A stretch of DNA of 64,000 bases from positions 200,262,001 to 200,326,000 of the forward strand of contig NC_086097.1 of the NCBI RefSeq assembly GCF_963921235.1, in the 5' to 3' direction. Position 1 is the stretch's first letter. The number at the start of each line of letters is the position of its first letter. Below are positions 52,671 to 64,000 of this stretch, piece by piece. The stretch is from Mobula hypostoma (taxonomy: Eukaryota). A program made the translations under genes and the position numbers. The notes under the pieces were generated by a model. The model did not search any database. It was not told the DNA's origin and saw only the letters and a list, made by a program, of their open reading frames with translations.

Positions 52671-52811
52671 CAAATGAGATGTAGAATCTCCGTGGATTAT
52701 CACCTTGTCATGGTGGAGAAGCTTGTGTGATCCTGAGGTCCCAACCCATAGCACTAAGTGCTAACCAACCACTATCTCCACAAGCAAGAGTTTAGCTGCA
52801 AAAATTCATTT

Positions 52812-53340
52812 AACTGGGTACACCTATACACCTGCTCATTAATGCAAATATCTCATCAGTGAATCTTTTGGCAGCAACTCAAGGCATAAAAGCATACGGA
52901 CATGGTCAAGAGGTTCAGTTGTTGCTCAGACCAAACATCAGATCGCAGAAGAAATGTGATCTTAGTGACTTTGGCCGTAAAATGACTGTTGGTGCCAGAC
53001 AGGGTGGTTTGAGTATCTCAGAAACTGCTGATCTCCTGGAATTTTCATGCACAGTCTCTAGAGTTTACAGAGAACTGTGCAAGAAAGAAAAACCATCCAG
53101 AGAGTGGCAGTTCTGTGGACAAAAATGCCTTGTTATTGAGAGCGGTCAGAGGAGAATGGCCAGACTGTCAAGCTGACAGTAAGGAGACCCCAGCAACTCA
53201 AATAATCATGCATTACAAAAGTAGTGTGTAGAAGAGCATCTATGAATGCGCAATACATCAAAACTTGAAGAGAATGGGCTACAACAGCAGAAGAGTTCAC
53301 TGAGTTCCACTCCTGTACCCAATAAAGTGGCCATCACTGA
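52812..53340 (+). mobile_element. Tc1-like DNA transposon, internally deleted
   Basis: KCDLSDFGRKMTVGARQGGLSISETADLLEFS..VSRVYRE paired-like HTH; end tacccaataaagtggcc TIR-like. Confidence 0.8.
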
Positions 53341-53717
53341 GACTGCACCATCAACATTCTGGGGTTCAGAATTTATCAAAAACTTAATGCGACCAGCCAG
53401 ACAACGAATGACTACAGGACTGAGTCAGAAGCTGGTATATCTGCAGCAAGTGACCCTTTCATGTGCATAACCCTTTCCACAATCTCCAAGGCATGAAGTC
53501 AGGGGTATAATAGAATACTCTCCACTTGCCTGGAAGAGTGCAGCACCAATTGCATTCAAGATGCTTGACATCATCAAAGACTAAACTTCCTGCTCTACAC
53601 CACATTGACCACCAATTTCTTCCACCATCATTGCACTGAGGCTAAAGTGTGTCCCATCTACATAATACATTGCAGTAACTCACCAAGAGTACTCAAATAG
53701 CACTTCCGAACCTTAAA

Positions 53718-55100
53718 CTTCTGGTTAAGATGGCACTACCAAATGTGTGCAACTGCTTAAATGGTAGTTATAAAGTTAAGAAATACAACTAAGAACTTTT
53801 TCCCTGAGGTAAATTGTGTCAAACTATCACTGCACACAGTGATAAGGCGATCTATGGCGAGTTTGGGGGATGCGCTGGGATAGTGTGTTACAGAATCAAT
53901 GCAAGTGGAATGAGCTATACGAAGAGGAGAAGTCAAGGCTAGGGCAGAGGAGTTCTGATGCTCATACAACTGGCCTGGGTGTGAGGTCAGATTACTCAGG
54001 GCGCCGAACTAATTTGAAGATCTTGTGAATGGTTTCGGGCCGGATGGCAAAAATGGGGTGCAGAGCAAGTCCCTAGGCAGTGTGGTCTAGGCCCCGAGCC
54101 CTTCACAGAAGCCAAGTCCTAGTGCAAGGTACAATCTACTGTGACAACTTAAATGCTAGCCCAGATAGACTGAAAAGACAGGGTGTCAGGATCTAAGGTG
54201 AGAGCCATTTCCACTCACTCTCCACGATGGTCACTTCTTACACCATGGCGCTGAGGCTACGAAGATCGCCCTGGCTGCTGTACTCCGTGTAGGGTTGCCA
54301 ACTGTCCCATATCAGCTGGAACATCCCATATATTGGGCTAAATTGGTTTGTCCCATACGGGATCGCCCTTGTCCCGTATTTCCCCCGCTAAGGTACAGCA
54401 TTCCTATGAAACCATTCGTAAGCCGAAATGGCGTAAAACGAAGAAGCAATTACCATTCATTTATATGGGAAAAATTTTTGAGCATCCCCAGACCCAAAAA
54501 TTAACCAACCAAATCATACCAAATAACACGCAAGACCTAAAATAACACTAGCATATAGTAAAAGCAGGAATGATATGATAAACACACAGCCTATATAAAG
54601 TAGAAATAATGTATGTACAGTGTATAGTAGTTCACATAACAGAATCGGGAAGATTAAGCCAAAACCAATTTGTAGAAAAAAAAAATCGGCGCGTACACGC
54701 ATGCGCCCACAGGTGCCCGCACAAGACTTCATGGTCATGGTAGTCTTTCTCGGGGTAAACACAAGTGTCCCATATCTGACTACTACTTTTGTCCCTTATT
54801 TGGGAGTGAGAAAGTTGGCAACTCTAACTCCGTGCCCACTAATATGATGAACTGACGAGCAAGGTTTTGGGCCTACTCCAGGGCTCAGATCCGAGCACTC
54901 AATTTGGTTTGTAATGTTGTTGTTCAATTGTTTGCATGAGTTGTGTGTTTTTTTCTTTCTCTTGCGCATTGTGTGTTAGTCTTTTATCATTTTCTTTAAT
55001 TGGGTTCTTTTAGGTGATTCGCCTTGTGGCTCTCTGTAAGTAAACAAATCTCAAGGTTGTATAATTTATACATTCTTTGATGATAAATGTACTTTGAATT
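53718..55100 (+). mobile_element. Unclassified non-autonomous retro-like repeat inserted in an old CR1-like fragment
   Basis: Starts near aagatggc; 3' tail caaatctcaaggttgtata..aaatgtactttgaa shared with ~15240-15300 and ~23985-24050; CR1-like sequence flanks both sides. Confidence 0.5.
54290..54826. mobile_element. hAT-type MITE with 14-bp TIRs and perfect 8-bp TSD
   Basis: tagggttgccaact...agttggcaactcta; actccgtg at 54282-54289 and 54827-54834. Confidence 0.93.
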
Positions 55101-57624
55101 TCTACCAATAGGACTGCAAGGGCAGCAGGAGCAATGAGACACCAGTGCTTGCATTTACCCCTCCAGGCCATGCGGGAAACATTTAATTGACACTGGAGTG
55201 GTCTCCCAAACAGGATTGAGAACGAATCTTCACCAGGAAGACTGTAACATTATCAGGAGATGATTCACAACCAGGTTGGTCATTACTGCTGGCCTTTATG
55301 GAGATGAACCTACACTTTGAAAAAATGAATTAAAATATGTGCATAATAGCTCCCCTATTGTTCTATAATTCTAACCGAAGATAATCTGTCTTTGATCATC
55401 ATTGCCTTCTAGCATCCCAGCATATTCTTGCTGACAACTCACAAGGTTGATACCATTTGAAAAGAATTTATTTATTTATTTTACTGCTTTGCTGAATTCA
55501 CTGTTTTTAAGTGAACCAAGCACTCAGACCTCATCTAACTTTTGCTGCTCATGCAAATTATTTTGGTTGTTGACAGCTCTGCATAAAATAAAAAGTTAAT
55601 TCTAGCTGCTTAAACTTGTTTATCCACTTGCCTTAAAGTCATCAATGTGTATGAAATTATCCATCAGGTTTATTCTTTCTTCCCTCAATATATTACAACA
55701 ATATACTTTCAGAGACACAATTAAAAAAGGTCAAGATTCTTTTTATTGAAAACACAATCCCTTTTAAAAGGCTCAGAGTTCATTTGAACATCTGTTTATT
55801 GTGATTCCTTAGGATGTCAGTACAAAATAACATTAAAGCAATCAGTTTGCTGGAAAGTTGGCCCATAAATTAATGTTATTATAGACTATGGGAAAAAAGA
55901 ACTACCTCCAAAAACATTATTAAAAGTACAATTGAACAGCTGTGCATTTAATTTTGTATTAAATTGCTATTTTTCCCATCCATGAACACGAAATAAGATT
56001 TAACGATGGCACTCTATCATGTACAATAGCTGGATTTTGTCATGAGAAGACTAATGTTCGTTTACAAACATGTGGTGTGAATTAGCTATTTACTGCTCTT
56101 AATACCAGCTACAAGTCCATTGTTTCTCCAAGTAACAACAGAAAATAGCTAATTCATACTTAATAGCTAATCAAGATTGCAAATTCCACTGAAAAAAATG
56201 AATACACCACCCAGAAAAATGCAGTATTTGAAGTCATTCTGAATACCACAGATCTTCTTACTACTCGAGTGTTCACCTGCATGCCAACATCTCACTAACC
56301 CTTAATCCCTCACACCCCAAAACATGATACCATAATTTTTCTATGCAGTGTGTTATAATTGTTTGACATAATTTTCTTGCAAAAATAGTAAATTCACATC
56401 AGACCTCTGAGAACACAATCTCATGTTTTCTCATTCTCTGAGCAAACATGATAAATAATAATTTGCCAACACAATTAATGCAGACTTGGAAAACCTCTGT
56501 AAACTCCTCCAACTCAACAAGCCTTTAAGATTTCCACACTCCTTCAATTTTAGCAACTTGTGCATTTGTGATTTTAATCAGTCTCTCATTAACAGCTGCG
56601 CTTTCAAGTGTTAAAATCCTACGCTCCAGAGCCACCCATTTCAAACCCTTTGTTGTTTCCACACAGTCCATAAAATATACCTCTTTGACAGAGCTTTTGA
56701 TCATCTCTCCTTGTATCTCTGTCTGTAGACAGGTGCGAAAAATTGTTATCGATTATATCATCAGATACTTTGAGTTACTTTGAATCATTAACAGCACGAA
56801 ATAAACGGAAGGCATTATGCGATTATTAATAGATCCTAGATGTCCAATTTTGTCATATGAATCATGAAAATTACTGTTTCTTTATTTACATTCATTTGAA
56901 TTTATTCAGTGTTATGGTTTGACAGAACAAAATGCAAAGTAGCCCGGGAAAAGATTTTACATGAGAGTATTGTCAGATGGACTGTAGCTTCTCTTCCCAA
57001 GCTCAAAACATTGCTCGATAAGGTGCAATCCTTGATGCCTCTTATTTCTCATCTACATGCTACACCTTGGCAATATCAGGTTCCACTCTTTATCACACCA
57101 CTTCTCCCTTGATCCCTTCTCCAAATTTGAAGACTGTCTGACATCTATACAATGTCAGCAGATGTTTTCCCAAAGCATTTGGAAGACTCAAACCAATAGC
57201 TGTGGTGTCCACTGTAGACGTCACTCCTTAGATATTGCATGCACTCCTCGCCCTGGCAACTGTCCGAAGTTATGATATATGTCTATTAATATGAACTGTT
57301 AGTTTTATTTCAAGTATGGTCAGGTTTTAACTATGTCATAGCACGATACCATATTCAAATCCCCCCATGCCAGATGGTGAATTTGAATTCAGTTAAAAAA
57401 AAAATCTGATGACCATGAAATCATGTCAATTGTCGTAAAATCCCATCTGGTTCACGAATGTCCTTCAGGGGAGGAATTCTGCCGTGCTTACCTGCCCTGG
57501 CCTATATGTGACTCCAGACCCACAGCAATGTTGTTGACTCTCAAATGCCATCTGAAGTGGCTTAGCAAACCATTCAGTTGTATCCAACCACTAAAAAAAA
57601 GGAAAATAATAAGGAATGAACCTG

Positions 57625-57728
57625 CAACACACACAAAATGCTGGTGGAATGCAACAGACCAGGCAGCATCTATAGGAAGAAGTACAGTCGACGTGAATTT
57701 CCAGCATCTGCAGATTTTCTCGTGTTTG
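57625..57728. mobile_element. Mini Penelope pLTR insert with internal inversion and 13-bp TSD
   Basis: TSD aggaa(t/a)gaacctg at 57612-57624 and 57729-57741. Confidence 0.82.
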
Positions 57729-59682
57729 AGGAAAGAACCTGGACAGATAACCTGGCATTGACTGAGGCACTGGCAATGACAATGGTAAACCAGCCCTGTC
57801 GACCCTGCAAAGTCCTCCTTACTAACAGCTGGGAACTTGTGCCAAAGTTAGGAGAGCTGTCGCACAGACTAGTCAAGCAACAGACCGACAAAGTTGTATG
57901 GACATACCTTACAGTCAACGTCCCAGACTCCACCATCACCATTCCTGTCTCACCAGCAGGACACACCTAGCAGTGGTGGTGGCACAGTGGAGGGAGTTGC
58001 CCTGGCAACTCTCAACACCAACTCTGGGTCCCATGAAGTCTCATGGCACCAGATTAAACATGGGCAAGGAAAGCTCCTTGATTACTACGTACCGTTCTCC
58101 CTCAGCTGATGAATCAGTACTCCTCCATGTTGAGCAGCACTTGAAGGAAGCATTTAGGGTGGCAAGGGGACAGAATGTACTCTGGGTGGGGGATCTTCCA
58201 TGTCCATCACCAAGAACGACTCGGTAGTACCACCACAGACCAAGCTGGTCGGGTCCTACTGGACACAGCTACTAGACTGGGACTACAGCAGGTGGTGAGG
58301 GAACCAACAAGAGGGAAAAACACATTTGACCTCACTCTCACCAACTTGCCTGCTGCGGAAGCATCTGTCCATGACAGCATTGGTAGAAGTGACCACCACT
58401 TAGTATTTGTGGGTTTCTTCACTGTGGATATGGGATTTAGTCTCCACAAATACAATGCTGTCATGGACTATGTGTGGTACTACCACCATGCTAAATGGGA
58501 TAGACTTCGAACAGATCTAGCAGCCTAAGACTGGGCATCTATGAGATGTTGTGGGCCATCAGCAGCAGCAGAATTGTACTCAACTACAAACTGTAACTTC
58601 ATGGCCAGGCATATCTCCCACTCTAACATTACCACCAGGCCAGGAGATCAACCCGGATTCAATGAAGAGAGCAGGAGGGCATGCCAAGAACAACACCAGT
58701 GATACCTCAATATGAGGCTTCACCCTGGTGGAGCTACAATACAGGACTACTTGCATGCCGGACACCATAAGCAGCAAGTAACAGACAGAGCCAAGTGGTC
58801 CCACAACCAACGGATCGGATCTAAGCTCTGAAGTCCTGCCACATCCAACCATGAATGGTGGTGGACAATCAAACAAATCACTGGAGGAGGAGGCTCCACA
58901 AATATTCCCATTCTCAACTATTGAGGAGCCCAGCACAACTGTGCAAAAGATAAGGCTCAGGCATTTACAACCATTTTCAGTGAGCTGTGCCGAGTAGATG
59001 ATCCAGCTCGACCTCCTCGAAAAGTCCCCAGCATCACAGATGTCAGTATGCTGCCAATCAGACTCACTCCATGGGATATCGTCACGCTGAGCACTGGGTA
59101 CGGCGAAGGCTTTGGTCCCAGACAAAATCCCAGCGATAGTCCTCAAGATTTGTGCTCCAGAACTTGCCGCTCCACTAGCCAAGCTGTTTCAGTACAGCTA
59201 CAACACCAGCATCTACCCAGCAATGTGCAAAATTACCCAGGTATGTTCTATACTCAAGAAACAGGACAAGTCCAACTCAGCCAATTACCACCCTTTCAGC
59301 CTACTCTCTATCGCTAGCAAAGTAATGGAAAGGGTCAGCAACAGTGCTATCATGCAGCACCTACTCGGCAATAACCTGCTTACGGATGCCCAGTCTGGGT
59401 TCCGCCAAGGCCACTTAGCTCCTGACCTCATCAGTTCCTTGGCCCAAACATGGACCAAAGAGCTAAATAGCAGAGATGATGTGAGAGTCAACGTCAAGGC
59501 AGCATTTGGCTGAATATGATATCAAGGTGCCATAGCTAAAATGGAGTCAATGGGAATTGGGGGGAGGGAACCCTCTGCTGGTTGGAATCATACCTGACAC
59601 AAATGAAGATGTTTGTGGTTGGAAGTCAATCATCTCATCCTCGGGACATCACTGCAGGTGTTCCTCAGAGAAGTGTCCTAGG

Positions 59683-62529
59683 ACGAGAGCAGTGTCATGT
59701 GCTTCACTGAGACGTGGCTGCACGAGGACATACCCGATCAAAGCGTTTCCATAGAGGGCTTTCAGACTGTTCGAGCTGACCGGAATTGCACGGAGAGCGG
59801 AAGCGTAAAGGAGGGGGGCTGGCGGTTCTGGTAAATAACAGATGGTGCAATCCTGGCCATATTATGATCAAGGAACATGTCTGTAGCCCGGATATTGAAC
59901 TTTTTGCTGTTGGACTCCGGCCATATTATTTGCCAAGGGAAATCTCGCATGCAATTGTGGTTGTTGTGTACATCCCTCCCTCTGCCAACCCGACGTCAGC
60001 GTGTAACATCATTTACACCATCATAGCCAGATTACAAACCCAGCACCTGAGTGCCCTCATTACCAGCTCGGGTGACTTCAACCAGGTTACCATGGCTAGA
60101 ACACTGCCCAACTTCACGCAGTACGTGAGCTGTACAACCAGAGGGGAGAGGACTCTGGACTTGATGTACACTAATGTTAAGGATGCATACAGCTCCTGTC
60201 CCATCCCCCCCACTGGGAAGGTCAGATCACAACCTGGTGCATCTAAAACCCTGCTACATGCCTCTGGTGAAGAGTAAACCTGCAACCTCGAGGACAGTGA
60301 GAAAATGGTCTGAGGAGGTTTATGAGGCACTCCAGGGTTGTTTTGAGGTGACAGACTGGCAGGCACTCTGTGAGCCACATGGAGAGGATATTGATGGGCT
60401 CACAGAGTGCATCACTGATTACATCAACTTCTGTGTGGACTGCAACGTTCTGACAAGAACTGTCCTTTGTTATTCAAATAACAAGCCATGGGTGACAAAG
60501 GACATTAAGGACACCCTGAACGCTAAAAAGAGGGCATTTAGAGATGGAAATAGAGAGGAGCTGAGGGCAATACAGAGGGACCTGAAAGCCAGGATCAGGG
60601 AGGGTAAAGACAGGTACAGGAGGAAGCTTGAGTGGAAACTCCAGCTTAACAACATGAGAGAGGTCTGGAGGGGGATGAGGACCATCACTGGGTTCCAGCA
60701 AACTTGCAACAGAGGAGCGGAAGACAGTGTGGACAGGGCCAATGAACTTAACCTGTTCTTTAACAGATTTGACACTGTGGCCCCTGCCCATCCCCCACAT
60801 GAGCCATCTGTTGTCGGTCCCCAACCAACACATATTCCACTCTCCCCTCCTACCCCTCCTCACTGTCCTCCACTCTGCTCTCATGACTATACCCCTTCCC
60901 CACACGAAACCACCACGGTGGGCTTCACAGCTGAACAGGTGAGAAGGCAGCTGAAATGTCTCAACCCAAGCAAGGCTGCAGGACTGGATGGTGTCAGTAC
61001 CAGGGTGCTCAAAGCCTGTGCCCCTCAGCTATATGGAGTACTTCGCCATGTATTCAACCAGAGCCTGAGGCTCTGGAGGGTTCCTGTACTGCGGAAGACG
61101 TCCTGCCTCGTCCCTGTGCCGAAGATGCCGCGCCCCAGCGGCCTCAATGACTACAGACCGGTGTCATTGACCTCCCACATCATGAAAACCCTGGAGAGAC
61201 TTGTTCTGGAGCTGCTCCGGCCTATGGTCAGGCCACACTTAGATCCCCTCCAGTTCGCCTACCAGCCCTGACTAGGATTTGAGGATGCCATCGTCTACCT
61301 GCTGAACCGTGTCTACGCCCACCTGGCCTGCCAGTCTGTCACCTCAAAACAACCCTGGACCACCTCATAAGCCTCCTCTGACCATTTTCTCACTGTCCTC
61401 GAGGGTCATGTTTTATAACTTCTCCAGTGCGTTCAACACCATCCGCCCTGCTCTGCTGGGGAGAAGCTGACAGCGATGCAGGTGGATGCTTCCCTGGTGT
61501 CATGGATTCTTGATTACCTGACTGGCAGACCACAGTACGTGTGCTTGCAACACTGTGTGTCCGACAGAGTGATCAGCAGCACTGGGGCTCCACAGGGGAC
61601 TGTCTTGTCTCCCTTTCTCTTCACCATTTACACCTCGGACTTCAACTACTGCACAGAGTCTTGTCATCTTCAGAAGTTTTCTGCTGACTCTGCCATAGTT
61701 GGATGCACCAGCAAGGGAGATGAGGCTGAGTACAGGGCTATGGTAGGAACTTTGTCACATGGTGGGAGCAGAATTATCTGCAGCTTAACGTGAAAAAGAC
61801 TAAGGAGCTGGGGTAGACCTGAGGAGAGCTAAGTTACTGGTGACCCCTGTTTCCATCCAGGGGGTCACTGTGGACATGGTGGAGGATTACAAATACCTGA
61901 GGATACGAATTAACAATAAACTGCACTGGTCAAAGAACACTGAAGCTGTCTACAAGAAGGGTCAGAGCCGTCTCTATTTCCTGAGGAGACTGAAGTCCTT
62001 TAACATCTGCCAGACGATGCTGAGGATGTTCTACGAGTCTGTGGTGGCCAGTGCTATCATGTTTGCTGTTGTGTGCTGGGGCAGCAGACTGAGGGTAGCA
62101 GACACCAACAGAATCAACAAACTCATCCGTAAGGCCAGTGATGTTGTGGGGATGGAACTGGACTCTCTCACGGTGGTGTCTGAAAGGAGGATGCTGTCTA
62201 AGTTGCATGCCATCTTGGTCAATGTCTCCCATCCACTACATAACGTACTGAGTGGGCACAGGAGTACATTCAGCCAGAGACTCATTCCAGCGAGATGCAG
62301 CACAGAGCGTCATAGGAAGTCATTCCTGCCATCAAACTTTACAACTCCTCCCTTGGAGGGTCAGACACCCTGAGCCAATAGGCTGGTCCTGGACTTATTT
62401 CATAATTTACTAGCATAATTTACATACTACTATTTAACTATTTATGGTTCTATTACTATGTATTATTTATGGTGCAACTGTAACAAAAACCAATTTCCCC
62501 CGGGATCAATAAAGTATGACTATGACTAT
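59683..62529 (+). mobile_element. Relatively young Rex1/Babar-like LINE (APE endonuclease + RT), few disruptions
   Basis: CFTETWL..RKGGGLAVLVNNRW; GDFN; LGRSDH; DYRPVSLTSHIMK; LDPLQFAYQ; GAPQGTVLSPFLF; aataaa-gta(tgacta)n tail. Confidence 0.93.
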
Positions 62530-64000
62530 CTTCAGATGCTTCATCAATGACTTTCCTTCTGTCATAAGGTCAGAAGTGAGGATGTTTGCAGATGACTGCA
62601 CAATATTCTGCACCATTTGTGACTCCTCAGATAGTGAAGCAGTTCAAACCCAAATGCAGCCGGACCTGGACAATATCTAGGCTTGGGCTGACAAGTGGCA
62701 AGCAACATTCAAGTCACGCAAGCAAACACAACAGAGGAGCAGAACTCCATTCATCTCCATTCTGAAGATTTGGCAGGAAAAGGCAAATTCAGTTATCAAA
62801 CTTTATTATATTAAGCCTCAAGTCCATCCTCCTCCCAAAACTTATCCTAGATTTGAAAATGCAAGTTAGTACATAAAGCACAGGAACATATTACAGTCAA
62901 CAGATAAGTAGCTGATTTTTGTTGACGACATTAGAATGCTACTGAGCTACATTCTGTACAGCAACATCCATAACCTAGATATTCCTAACAGCAAAAAAAT
63001 AATGACACTAGCAACAACAGCAGAAAGTGCAGCCAGTGCTGAAGTAAGTGATCATTCTAATCTATATTGTTGGCAGCTGATACAAGATGTTGTAAGTGAG
63101 CAACAGCAACAGAGCATTTATTGATCTCTACACTGCTTAAGTGGATTCTGAGGTGTATAGTTAGGTTTGCTACAATCATAGGATGCACTTTTTGCTATCC
63201 ATGTCATTCATCAATTGGAACAGCACTATCATTTGTAGCAAAAGGGAATTCCAGGTCTCCAGGAAGAAACTGTTCCTCACCGGGTCATTCTGTAACACAC
63301 AGAATGGGAATGGTATAGATCACAACTGGAGCAAAAAAACAACTGCAGATGCTGTAAACCTAAAATGAAAATAACATGCTGGAAGCACTCAGCAACTCAA
63401 ACATTGTCCATGGATCCATGTTCGCAGTGTGGGCATGGTAGATTTGAACTAGAAAAATATGGGTGATGTTGAGGAGGACAAGAGACGCATTCAACAGCAG
63501 CCAAGCTGAATCAGATAGGAATGGGCTTCCAGATGTGTGAGATAATATAAAAGGTGAGTACGCCAGTTCAAACCCCTCAGAATCAGAGCCACCTGGGCAC
63601 CAACTGAAAAACAATGATTGAGGTACAATTTAACAGAAAAGCAATGATTAAACGGTCTGGTAACTAATATCACACATTACTCAGGGGTTTATAGTCACCA
63701 TTTGTAATTTGAACACTGCTAGACCTCATTTGGTATTTTGTACTCTCAAGAATGTAGATATGGCACCGTGAAGCAGACCAAGTCCAGCCATCATTGCTGG
63801 AGGAGATAGCCAGAGTGAACTTCAAACTAGGTTAAAACATCGAGGCCAGAGAGTTAAAAATGAACCGGTGTTCAGCCTCACTACTCCATGCCCACTTGAA
63901 CCCATCCCATCTGCCCGATTTGACCCATCTACCTCTTTTCTTGCTACTGCCATCAGCCAGGAGGTGGAGGAGACTTGGGTCCCTTGCTGCCAGGTTCAGG

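Larger units (their letters stand above)
57370..62722 (+). mobile_element. CR1-like LINE (endonuclease-RT), interrupted by a mini-Penelope and a Rex1-like LINE
   Basis: LQQVVREPTRGKNTFDLTLTN..IGRSDH; DKIPAIVLKICAPELAAPL; QRSVLG | FRCFINDFPS..MFADDC resumes at 62530. Confidence 0.85.

Noticed and set aside
1..64000. CRISPR array, prokaryotic operon or defence system
   Set aside because: The sequence is eukaryotic repeat-rich DNA; no repeat-spacer array, and most listed ORFs are transposon debris or chance

Overview
Eukaryotic, AT-rich, repeat-saturated genomic DNA. The mix of CR1 LINEs, V-SINE/HE1-like SINEs and Penelope-like elements suggests a cartilaginous fish, probably a ray (inference, not verifiable here). 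I found no convincing host exon, tRNA, rRNA or CRISPR. Contents: four Ty3/Gypsy elements (one near-intact, CsRn1-like, 33075-37213); many Penelope-like fragments carrying minimal hammerhead ribozyme motifs; CR1, Rex1/Babar-like, RTE and Tx1 LINE fragments; hAT and Tc1 DNA transposon relics; SINEs; and a processed RBM25 pseudogene fragment. The best hidden signals are: (1) a ~12.5-kb inversion (~452-12945) revealed because flipping it rejoins two separately broken LTR elements, one in the middle of an integrase motif; (2) an intact G-GGA-AAC -1 frameshift site with an 11-bp hairpin at the gag/pol junction; (3) hammerhead-bearing Penelope termini, including tiny TSD-flanked fold-back inserts that share one inversion point; (4) a 79-bp inverted self-copy inside a LINE. 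Family names come from recognised motifs, not database searches, and ends of degraded repeats are approximate.
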